NCBI GenBank assembly: GCA_038204425.1
Contig: JBBRCZ010000009.1
Coordinates: forward strand, 32,001 to 96,000
Source of the DNA: Spirochaetia bacterium
GTDB lineage: Bacteria; Spirochaetota; Spirochaetia; DSM-27196; Salinispiraceae
Direction: 5' to 3'
DNA length: 64,000 bases
The notes beneath the pieces were generated by a model that saw only the letters and a program-made list of their open reading frames with translations, did not search any database and was not told the DNA's origin. The position numbers were made by a program, and so were the translations under genes. Position 1 is the stretch's first letter, and every line of letters starts with the position of its first letter. Of this stretch, positions 49,306 to 57,578 are shown in pieces.

Positions 49306-49361
49306 GACATGCCCTTCCTTATCTCTACTATTCTAAGTCATCAAACTGTCAGTCTGCAAAC

Positions 49362-49643
49362 TTAAGATATAGACATACGGTGTCCTAGGCGCATCACTTT
49401 GAGCAGTTCTGCAATCTCTGGGCTTGTGTTTATTAAGCCAAGCTTACGACCCTGAGTTTCTAGCTGCTTGATGAGAAGTACCAAAAGTCCAATGCCTTTT
49501 GAATCAATCATGCTAACTCTTGCTAAATCGATCAAAAAGTCACCCTCAGATTGTTCAATCAATGGGTTGACTTGTTTGTGAAGCGCCGTGATTTCAACCG
49601 AAACAAGGTCGGTAGGTGCCAAAAAAGTAACAGATTCTGCCAT
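49362..49643 (-). CDS. STAS domain anti-anti-sigma factor
   Basis: IDLARVSMIDSKGIGLLV. Confidence 0.88.
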   Translation of the reverse strand: MAESVTFLAPTDLVSVEITALHKQVNPLIEQSEGDFLIDLARVSMIDSKGIGLLVLLIKQLETQGRKLGLINTSPEIAELLKVMRLGHRMSIS

Positions 49644-49662
49644 GGTTTTACCCTCGTTCCAA

Positions 49663-50799
49663 TTAGATTTCTATCAACAAAAGTAGGCGATCGTCGGCTC
49701 CGGGGTGATTGACAAACAGCCTGCTGCCGACATAAGTGATCGCATCATCTATGCTCATAGTGTAGGTCGCAGATAGAATCTCTTGCAACAATTCGATACC
49801 TTTTTTCCATGAACTTCCTTTTTCAAAATCTTCGACTACTCCGTCAGAGTAGAGGCAGATCCGACTGGTCTTTTTTAGATCCAGTTGGCGCACTGCAAAA
49901 AAGGGATCGTCAAACGCACCCAAGATGTCTCCCTCTGAATAGACTGGCTCAAAGTTTTTTCCGTCGTGTGCAAGTAAGGCGGGTAGGTGGCCAGCTGAAA
50001 CCAAATAGGCTTGGTTGATGCGCCGATTGACCTGTAAGTAAGTGGCTGTGAGCAATTGACCATCTTTTAAGAAGTCTTTGATGACCGCATTAATGCGTTG
50101 AAAGGTCTCGACCGGGCTTTGCATTATTGACGCATTTTCTCTAAACAGCACCTTGACCACCGATGAAAGATACGATGCCTCTATGCCATGGCCAGAAACA
50201 TCAGCAACCAAGTAGCCATAGATTCCGTTTCCAAGCTTTACAAGGTCGTATTGGTCTCCTCCGGCTTCTGCTGCTTCCTCAAAATAGACGGCACAGTGAG
50301 AATCAGGAAGATTTTTAGGGTTGGTCAAAAATGATTGGTGGGCTTGAGTTAGCTGACGCAGCTTGATTTTTTGCTGCTCAATTATGAGTTGATTGGCAAC
50401 TTTAAGCCTAATGTGGATCCGTACCCGTGCCACCAACTCCTGGCCATTAAATGGCTTAGTGATGTAGTCGACGCCACCAATCGAAAGCCCCTTTATTTTG
50501 CTGTCATCATCGATCTGGCCGGTAATAAAGATTACCGGAATGTCGCGCGTGTCCTGTCTTGTTTGCAGCTGGGCACAAAGTGCAAAGCCATCACCATCTG
50601 GCAGTTGGATGTCGAGCAAAATGAGGTCGGGGTGTTGTGCCTCAATACACGGAACAAGCTCTTTGGCCAATGCGGCTTGTTGGCAGCTAAATCCTGCATT
50701 TTCGAGTATACCAACCGCAATTAGCCGACTGACTGCGTCGTCATCAACAACGAGAATATTATATTTGGTTTTTGATTCGAAACTAAGCTCTTCAAACAT
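49663..50799 (-). CDS. Response regulator with SpoIIE/PP2C phosphatase domain
   Basis: REC (VVDDD, LLDIQLP, KPF) plus GGDQYD, ADVSGHG, YSDGV, DDR. Confidence 0.92.
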   Translation of the reverse strand: MFEELSFESKTKYNILVVDDDAVSRLIAVGILENAGFSCQQAALAKELVPCIEAQHPDLILLDIQLPDGDGFALCAQLQTRQDTRDIPVIFITGQIDDDSKIKGLSIGGVDYITKPFNGQELVARVRIHIRLKVANQLIIEQQKIKLRQLTQAHQSFLTNPKNLPDSHCAVYFEEAAEAGGDQYDLVKLGNGIYGYLVADVSGHGIEASYLSSVVKVLFRENASIMQSPVETFQRINAVIKDFLKDGQLLTATYLQVNRRINQAYLVSAGHLPALLAHDGKNFEPVYSEGDILGAFDDPFFAVRQLDLKKTSRICLYSDGVVEDFEKGSSWKKGIELLQEILSATYTMSIDDAITYVGSRLFVNHPGADDRLLLLIEI

Positions 50800-50864
50800 T
50801 CAATCTTCCGATCTTCCATTCTCCATTAATCTTAGGAACCAGTTGACATTCTGGATTCTTATAC

Positions 50865-50892
50865 TTGACAGCCAAAAAATCCAGCGTATAAT
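50865..50892 (+). promoter_or_regulatory. Consensus sigma70 promoter of the ROK operon
   Basis: TTGACA-16 bp-TATAAT, 40 nt upstream of ATG 50933. Confidence 0.8.
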
Positions 50893-50917
50893 GCTTATTA
50901 TAAGACTTGAAATAAGT
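50893..50917. promoter_or_regulatory. Putative ROK (XylR-type) operator
   Basis: 25-bp GCTTATTATAAGACTTGAAATAAGT, containing CTTATT-N11-AATAAG, abutting the -10. Confidence 0.6.
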
Positions 50918-50932
50918 TTAGGGAGTTATTGC

Positions 50933-52141
50933 ATGCCTTTTTCGGTTGAAACGACTATGGATCTGCGCAATCTAAACAAAAAGAAGGTTTTTGGCTTTCT
51001 TTGTGAAAATTCCCCTACAACTCGTAAAGACATGGTCAGTGGCTTGGGGCTCAGTTTTGGCACTATCGCGACCATCTGCAAAGAACTGATTACTGAAGGG
51101 CTGATGAGCAGTGCATCTTCAAATAGATCAAACGGAGGTCGGATTCCAGACCTAGTCTTTTTAAAGCCAGATGGCGCTTATGTAGCGTGTCTCGATTTGA
51201 TCCAACACGAGAAGACGAGCCTATATTTTTATGATTTAGCAGGAAAACTCATAAGCTGTGAGCATTGTGATACTAGCGGCGTTAGCGACTATGCTGCGCT
51301 TGAGGCACAGGTGCTTGGTGCCTACCAACGGATTGTAGCGCAATTTGCACATGCTCCGCAGGTTGTGGGCATGGGTATTGCGGTGCCAGCTATTCCAGAC
51401 CGAAGAACGGGCTTGCTTATTCATTCTACCAATCCAATTTTGGAGAACGTTGCTTTGGCAAGCAGGCTTGAGTCCGCCTTGGCAATCAAGGTAGTGGTTG
51501 AGAATGAGTCCAATCTTTTGGCAAGTGCTTGCGTCCATAATCACCCTATTTCAAGGGCTTTGACTGATCTCATTTACCTTTATGGTGGTGAAGGCTTGGG
51601 GGCAGGCATTATATGCAATGACAAGCTCTTGCTGGGTGCACGTGGGCTTGGTGGAGAGATTAACCACTTACCCATTGGCCGCCGTAATTACCAGTGCTAT
51701 TGTGGGCAAAAAAACTGCGTAGAAACAGAACTTGGTATTGCGGGCTTCTTAAAAAAATATAGAGAAGACAGCGGCCAAGACCTCGGAAATGATAGCAGCG
51801 GTTGGCATCGATTTAAAGAACTTGTCGCCAAGAACGATGGTTGCGCTCTGGCAGTTTGCCAAGAGAATGCGCATATTTTGGGAGCCTTGCTCGCATCGCT
51901 TTGCAATTTGTTTGACCCGCAGAGAGTCTATCTTGGTGGTTACGTGACAGACGTTTACGAATCTATGCAAACAATAGTCAAGCAAGAACTCGCTGCGAGA
52001 AACGTGTCGCAAAGCTGGCCTGAAGATTTTCTTGAGCTTAGTTACAATTACCAAGACTTGCTACTAAAAGGCTGCCGAGATTTGGTGACGTCAAACTGGA
52101 TTCCACGAGCAAATTCAAAAAGAAAGAGTGGTGTAGCATGA
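50933..52141 (+). CDS. ROK family transcriptional regulator
   Basis: N-terminal HTH (LRNLNKKKV...GLSFGTI...L..EGL, GGR), VENESN, GEINH, CYCGQKNCVE; RBS GGGAG before ATG 50933. Confidence 0.9.
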   Translation: MPFSVETTMDLRNLNKKKVFGFLCENSPTTRKDMVSGLGLSFGTIATICKELITEGLMSSASSNRSNGGRIPDLVFLKPDGAYVACLDLIQHEKTSLYFYDLAGKLISCEHCDTSGVSDYAALEAQVLGAYQRIVAQFAHAPQVVGMGIAVPAIPDRRTGLLIHSTNPILENVALASRLESALAIKVVVENESNLLASACVHNHPISRALTDLIYLYGGEGLGAGIICNDKLLLGARGLGGEINHLPIGRRNYQCYCGQKNCVETELGIAGFLKKYREDSGQDLGNDSSGWHRFKELVAKNDGCALAVCQENAHILGALLASLCNLFDPQRVYLGGYVTDVYESMQTIVKQELAARNVSQSWPEDFLELSYNYQDLLLKGCRDLVTSNWIPRANSKRKSGVA

Positions 52142-53757
52142 AAGTACGATCTGGTTCTTTAATTGGCTTTAGCCTTGTGACAGCGTTACTAAGTGGTTTG
52201 CTCTTGTTTTCTGCGTGTGAAAACAATCAAACCAAGCCAAGTGCCAGCAAAGATGGCAGCGTTTCTTTTTCTTGGTTAATTAACTATGACTGGTTTTCTC
52301 CACCCAACAACTGGGGCGCCGACGTGGTCTCAGCTTGGCTCAAGCAAGAGAGAAAGTTGGACATCGAATGGCTAAGTCCGATGGGTGCTGGCGACTCGCG
52401 GCTCAATTTGATGATAGCAACCAACGAACTTCCAGACGTTATCAACTTAGACCACGGTGAGTTGGTAGATCAGCTGATAGACGCAGGTACCTTGCTGCCA
52501 ATTGATGACTATCTTGACCAAATGCCCAATCTGCGCCGCTGGGCCGGCAAGCTCAATTTGGAGCTCTTGCGTTACAAAGATGGAAAAATCTACCAGTTTC
52601 CCAATTGGTACATCAATCCAGACAAAAAACAAGGAAATGGTAGCGCTGCTTGGGCCATTAATACGCGGATTTACAAAGAGCTCAATAGTCCTCCATTGCT
52701 GACCTTTGAAGACTTGGATAAGTATCTGGATTTGGTCAAGGCCAAGTATCCAGACATTATTCCCTTGGAACCTTGTGAGGGAAATCAAGCGTCAATTTTG
52801 ATGTACCTTGGGCAAGATGTAAACATGGTCAACCACTTGGCTAACGCCTTAGGTACACCGCAAAACGGCAAGTTTTCCCGAGTTTTTGAAGATCCGCGCG
52901 TTAGAGACACTTTTGTACGCATGAGTCGCTACTTTCGTAACGGCCTTGTAAGTCAAGATGCCTTTACGCAAAGTCGTGATCAGGTAATGGAAAAGCTCAT
53001 CAATGCCAGAGTGGCGGTAGTTGCAAGCCAGGATGCAGAGATCATCGGGCGAGCAAACCGACAAAACACAATTGGAGAAGACCTCTACGAGGTAATTTGG
53101 CCAATTGCCAAAAAAGGCATTGATGCCAGTCAGGTCAAAATCTCAAGCTACAATACTCGAGGTTGGAATGCCAATGTGTTTACCAAAAAAGCTGCTGACC
53201 GGCTTGGCAGCATACTAAAACACTTGGACTGGTTAACCGGCGAAGAAGGACAAAGGGTTCTTTGCTACGGTCCTCCTGGCTACTTTTGGGACAAATTTGA
53301 TGAAGAAGGAATCCCTTTTTGGAACAGCCGTTATCAGAACGCCAGCAGCGCCGAGCGTGAGCAAGCACGACTTTTTAATTGGAACTGGGTCGGCAATACG
53401 TCTTGGGTAGACATCGGCAAGGCGGTTGCCAACAAACGAATGGCGGTTGAACACCAGGATCAGATGACGAGATGGCAAGGCGACATAATTTGGAAGACTA
53501 GCCGTGACGAAAAGGAATTTGGCTACAATAATCCACCAGCTGACAGTGAGCTTGGCATGATTAACACCATGATCTTGGACATTTATGACGAAGCGCGAAC
53601 GTATTCCGTCTTTGCCAACTCTGATGCCCAGGTACTTTCCATTCTTGACCAAGCCCAAATTGACATGAACCAGATCGGCTATGACAAGTATTTAGACTAT
53701 CACAACAGCGCCTGGGCACAAAAAAAAGCTCAAGTCGAAGCGCTAGAAGAAAAATAA
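52138..53757 (+). CDS. Extracellular solute-binding lipoprotein (LplA-like oligosaccharide SBP)
   Basis: Lipobox FSAC; LNLMIATNELPD, DGKIYQFPNW, LDWLTGEEGQ..L.YG. Confidence 0.85.
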   Translation: MKVRSGSLIGFSLVTALLSGLLLFSACENNQTKPSASKDGSVSFSWLINYDWFSPPNNWGADVVSAWLKQERKLDIEWLSPMGAGDSRLNLMIATNELPDVINLDHGELVDQLIDAGTLLPIDDYLDQMPNLRRWAGKLNLELLRYKDGKIYQFPNWYINPDKKQGNGSAAWAINTRIYKELNSPPLLTFEDLDKYLDLVKAKYPDIIPLEPCEGNQASILMYLGQDVNMVNHLANALGTPQNGKFSRVFEDPRVRDTFVRMSRYFRNGLVSQDAFTQSRDQVMEKLINARVAVVASQDAEIIGRANRQNTIGEDLYEVIWPIAKKGIDASQVKISSYNTRGWNANVFTKKAADRLGSILKHLDWLTGEEGQRVLCYGPPGYFWDKFDEEGIPFWNSRYQNASSAEREQARLFNWNWVGNTSWVDIGKAVANKRMAVEHQDQMTRWQGDIIWKTSRDEKEFGYNNPPADSELGMINTMILDIYDEARTYSVFANSDAQVLSILDQAQIDMNQIGYDKYLDYHNSAWAQKKAQVEALEEK

Positions 53758-53774
53758 GACTTTAGGAGACCAAA

Positions 53775-55298
53775 GTGAAAAAGATGAAAAGGTTTATAGT
53801 TTCAATAGCCCTCGCTGCCAGCCTATTTATGCTTGGCTGTCCCATTCAACCTGTTACAACCACGACTAGTCTCGATGAGATTATAACTTCCACAACTATT
53901 TATGTTGATCACGGTAGTAGTTTTGTTGGAGTTAGCACCAGTTCATTTAGTGACGAACATTTAAACGTAGCCGGGCTAAACCTGATCAAGCCTAAGTTTA
54001 TGCGTTATTATCTCGGTAGCACCATCGTTTTTGATAAAAGCGCTGAGCCAAAGGGAGTTGCTTCCATCCGAGACAGCAATTACTATCATAATGGCGAGTT
54101 TACCACCATTATGTCATCAAATATGTCAGGTTGGGATTACACCCCGCAGCTTGATTTTGACGAGTTTATTGCACTTTGTAAGACACTGGGAGCTGAGCCA
54201 GTAGTACTCTTACCCATTTATGCCGCCTACTATACGGGTGTTGGGGCCCATATGACTGACGAAGAGCTGTATACCGCACACGAAGACTTTGTGCGTTACG
54301 CCAATGTTACTAAAAAATACGGCGTAAAATACTGGGAAATTGGCAATGAAGATGATATTCACGCAAATAACGGCAACAGTGTGCTTACCGCAACGGTGCC
54401 TGTCTATGCAGCAATATTTAATGCTTTAGTGCCTCGGCTCAAAGCGGTTAACGACGAAGCAACGGAAAACCATGTAGAGCTTGAGTGTGGAGCCAATACT
54501 TTCTGGGATACCAGTCGCTGGAAGGCGCTTTTGCCCTTGATCAAGGCCAACATGGGTTTTGCTGTTGTGCACCAGTATTCTGCATTTACGACGTATGAGA
54601 TGTTTAGGGACTTGGATGTAGAACGTATCAATCTTACCGACGATTTTGACTCCTACAATCAGATTTTTGTTGACCACTTTAACAAGGCTCGCACGGAGTT
54701 GAACGACCCCGCAATTCCATCAAAGGTGCTTGTAACCGAGTTGTCGTCACATTGTACCTATGAGCCAGCAAATCCAAAAAACAATAGTCTTTGGAAGGGT
54801 TTGCACAATATTCAACTTTTGTTGATCAATGCCAGCAGGCCCAACGTCCTTGGCACTATGAACTGGGTAACGTGGTACGCAGGTACCATTGACAAAACCT
54901 TTAATGTTTTTACTGACGATCAACAAGACACGCTTTCTCCAGTGGGCATGACATTGTCGGTGGTGGGTGACCATCTTTATCCAGTCACCAAAACCCGTTT
55001 GCAACCTGCACCCAATGTGGAACTTTGGGTAAGTCATAGTCAGGACTGGTCCAAAATGTCTGTCTTTATCCTCAATAGATCAAAATATGTTAGAACACTA
55101 GACCTCAACATAGCTGATTTTGTCGGTGATAGCACCAAGAGTACTAAATGGGTTTACAGCGCTGCCGCCCTTGATGAATGGTCTCAAAGCCCTTATTATA
55201 ATCGATACAATAGCAATCTGACTTCTGTTGTCGACGCTCGTGTCACGGTGCCTCCCTTGTCATGCACCATTTACGACTTTGACGGGGTAAACGGCTAA
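53775..55298 (+). CDS. Clan GH-A glycoside hydrolase lipoprotein (GH51/GH79-like)
   Basis: Lipobox MLGC; DEFIALCKTLGAEP, KYWEIGNE (acid/base), VTE (nucleophile), beta-sandwich ending PPLS. Confidence 0.7.
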   Translation: MKKMKRFIVSIALAASLFMLGCPIQPVTTTTSLDEIITSTTIYVDHGSSFVGVSTSSFSDEHLNVAGLNLIKPKFMRYYLGSTIVFDKSAEPKGVASIRDSNYYHNGEFTTIMSSNMSGWDYTPQLDFDEFIALCKTLGAEPVVLLPIYAAYYTGVGAHMTDEELYTAHEDFVRYANVTKKYGVKYWEIGNEDDIHANNGNSVLTATVPVYAAIFNALVPRLKAVNDEATENHVELECGANTFWDTSRWKALLPLIKANMGFAVVHQYSAFTTYEMFRDLDVERINLTDDFDSYNQIFVDHFNKARTELNDPAIPSKVLVTELSSHCTYEPANPKNNSLWKGLHNIQLLLINASRPNVLGTMNWVTWYAGTIDKTFNVFTDDQQDTLSPVGMTLSVVGDHLYPVTKTRLQPAPNVELWVSHSQDWSKMSVFILNRSKYVRTLDLNIADFVGDSTKSTKWVYSAAALDEWSQSPYYNRYNSNLTSVVDARVTVPPLSCTIYDFDGVNG

Positions 55299-55317
55299 AA
55301 AACCGACACTGTCAGGG

Positions 55318-55353
55318 TGGACCGCGGCCGAAAGTCGGAGCGGTCCATTTTTT
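55318..55353 (+). terminator. Internal intrinsic terminator/attenuator hairpin
   Basis: TGGACCGC...GCGGTCCA followed by TTTTTT. Confidence 0.65.
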
Positions 55354-55378
55354 AATTCTTTGCAAAAGAGAGCTTTAC

Positions 55379-56536
55379 ATGACCACGGATTTACTTGAGG
55401 AACGATGTGCCTCTCTATTATTGGCATTGGCCGACGAGTCACCAACCTTCAGAGTCTTTTTTGGTTTTGACGGCTATGTCGATAGCATAAAACGCGTGGT
55501 TCAGAAGCGTTTTGCCGACGGTAGTCGTCTGCATTTTAAATCTATCGCCGACTTTGCTTCTCAAATAGCGCAGGGTGCGAGCAAAAGCGCCGAGTTTGAA
55601 CTAGAAATGCTATGCCAAAAGATCGGCGGCAATGCTCCCCTGATGGCTCGAGCGGCGGCAAACTTGGGACTGTGGTGCACCTGTGTCGGAGCAATGGGGT
55701 ACCCTGAACTGCTGCCAATCTTTTTAGAAGATACTGTAGCCAATTTGCAGCTATTGAGCGTTGCCGAGTCCGCAAAGACCGATGCTTTTGAGTTTGATGA
55801 TGGCAAACTTATGTTTGGAGAAAACGCCTCAATCAGTGGGCTTAACTGGGATACTATTGTAGCCAGACTTCTTCTGCAGGATACTGCTATTCTAACGCTA
55901 CTCGTAGAAAGCCAACTGATTGCCGTACTAAACTGGTCGTGCATCCAGCACAATAAAAGTATTGTGGGTTCAATAATTGACTGCTTATCACAGGTTCTGG
56001 AGCCGGATGCACTTGCTAACAAGCTTATGTTTTTTGATTTTTCTGATTTTTCGGCAGTAGAGCCTGCTATGGTAGCTCAGTGGCTGCAGGTTATCAAACA
56101 ACTTCCGTGTAAGTGCATCGTTAGTCTTAACCTAAAAGAAGCCCAGATCCTGCATGCTATCACAGCGCAATCATTTGACGGACCAAGCCAGTTGGTGGAT
56201 ATTGCGACACTTTGTAAAAACTTGGACCGCGAGCTTGGCATCGCGTTGGTGCTGATCCATGATAGAGATGCGTCCTATGCCTGTGGAGACCAGCTAAGTT
56301 ACCAAGCACCAGGCTTTTTTGTTGACAGTCCCTATCTGTCTACCGGTGGAGGTGACAATTTTAACGCGGGCTTTGCTTTTGGACTGCTCAATGGTTTTGC
56401 AATACCAGACTGCTTGCTCTTGGCCAATGCGGTTTCGTCTTTGTACGTCAGTTCTGGCCAAAGTCCTGATCTCAAAAAAGTCAGAGACTTGCTGATTTTG
56501 CAGCAATCAATCTATGCAACTAAAGTGGAGCGCTAA
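55379..56536 (+). CDS. PfkB-family carbohydrate kinase
   Basis: GFDGYVD, GGNAP, C-terminal TGGGDNFNAGF. Confidence 0.85.
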   Translation: MTTDLLEERCASLLLALADESPTFRVFFGFDGYVDSIKRVVQKRFADGSRLHFKSIADFASQIAQGASKSAEFELEMLCQKIGGNAPLMARAAANLGLWCTCVGAMGYPELLPIFLEDTVANLQLLSVAESAKTDAFEFDDGKLMFGENASISGLNWDTIVARLLLQDTAILTLLVESQLIAVLNWSCIQHNKSIVGSIIDCLSQVLEPDALANKLMFFDFSDFSAVEPAMVAQWLQVIKQLPCKCIVSLNLKEAQILHAITAQSFDGPSQLVDIATLCKNLDRELGIALVLIHDRDASYACGDQLSYQAPGFFVDSPYLSTGGGDNFNAGFAFGLLNGFAIPDCLLLANAVSSLYVSSGQSPDLKKVRDLLILQQSIYATKVER

Positions 56537-56537
56537 T

Positions 56538-57578
56538 ATGGCACAATATTTACAAGATATCCTTTCGCAAGCTACTGCAATTCGTAACGAGCTCGGTTTC
56601 TATCGCTCGGCAGAAAATCAAAAGATTCTGACTGCATTGGCTGACCTCAACAAGAAGAGAGTGGTCTTTTTGGGCATGGGCAGTTCTAATTTTTGCGCCT
56701 ATGGTGCGTCAATTATACTCAATCAGGCCGGCATCAATTGTCGCACTGAGTCGGCCTCTCAAGTTTTGCATTACGAACTTGCAAGTATTGGCGACGACGA
56801 CTTGGTGGTACTGACTTCACAATCCGGAGAATCTGCTGAGATTGTAGCGCTAGTCAGTTGCTTACCTGAGTCAATAGACGTTCTTGGGATTTGCAACTTC
56901 CCAGACAGTACGCTTGGCAAAAGAGCAAAATACCTCTTGAGTATGAATGTAAAACCAGAAGAAGCCGTTAGTACGCGCACCTACCTTGCCTCTCTGATTC
57001 TCACGCAACTGCTGGCAGTTACGCTAGTCTCAAGTGACACAGACGTATTTTTTGCCCACTTGGACCAAGCTCTAACTAGTTTGGCTGCACTTTTGCAAGA
57101 GCAAAGCCAGATAGTGGAAAGTCTGCAAGCCTTTGTTGAGCCCGGGCAAACAGTAGCTGTAATAGGTCGTGGTTATGGATTGGGAACCGCCCGTGCCGGG
57201 GCATTGTTTATACGCGAAGCAGCTAAGTTTCCGGCACTGGACTTTGAATCGGCCGAGTTTAGACACGGACCTTTTGAGATGGTCGATAGCAGGCTGTGTG
57301 CCCTTATTTTGGCACCCGAAGGCCCTGGTTATACCCTCCAGATTGCTTTGGCCCGAGACATTATCGAGCGCGGTGGCAAGGTGATTTTGGTCGCATCCAC
57401 ACAGGTGGACATAGCCAAAAAAAACTGTCTGCTTATTAAGACTGGCCCACTCTACGAAGCGCTTTCTGGCTTGGTACAGATCGTGCCAATTCATTTATTG
57501 GCCTATGTTCTTGCACAGCAATCTGGCTTTGAACCCGGGGTTTTTCGCTGGTCAAGCAAGGTAACCAGCCGTGAATAA
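56538..57578 (+). CDS. SIS domain sugar-phosphate isomerase/deglycase (GlmS/FrlB-like)
   Basis: GMGSS, SQSGESAE, STRTY, AEFRHGP, SKVT. Confidence 0.85.
   Translation: MAQYLQDILSQATAIRNELGFYRSAENQKILTALADLNKKRVVFLGMGSSNFCAYGASIILNQAGINCRTESASQVLHYELASIGDDDLVVLTSQSGESAEIVALVSCLPESIDVLGICNFPDSTLGKRAKYLLSMNVKPEEAVSTRTYLASLILTQLLAVTLVSSDTDVFFAHLDQALTSLAALLQEQSQIVESLQAFVEPGQTVAVIGRGYGLGTARAGALFIREAAKFPALDFESAEFRHGPFEMVDSRLCALILAPEGPGYTLQIALARDIIERGGKVILVASTQVDIAKKNCLLIKTGPLYEALSGLVQIVPIHLLAYVLAQQSGFEPGVFRWSSKVTSRE

Noticed and set aside
50498..50932. 145-aa N-terminal extension of the ROK ORF
   Set aside because: It overlaps the REC-PP2C gene antisense, and the promoter and RBS point to ATG 50933.
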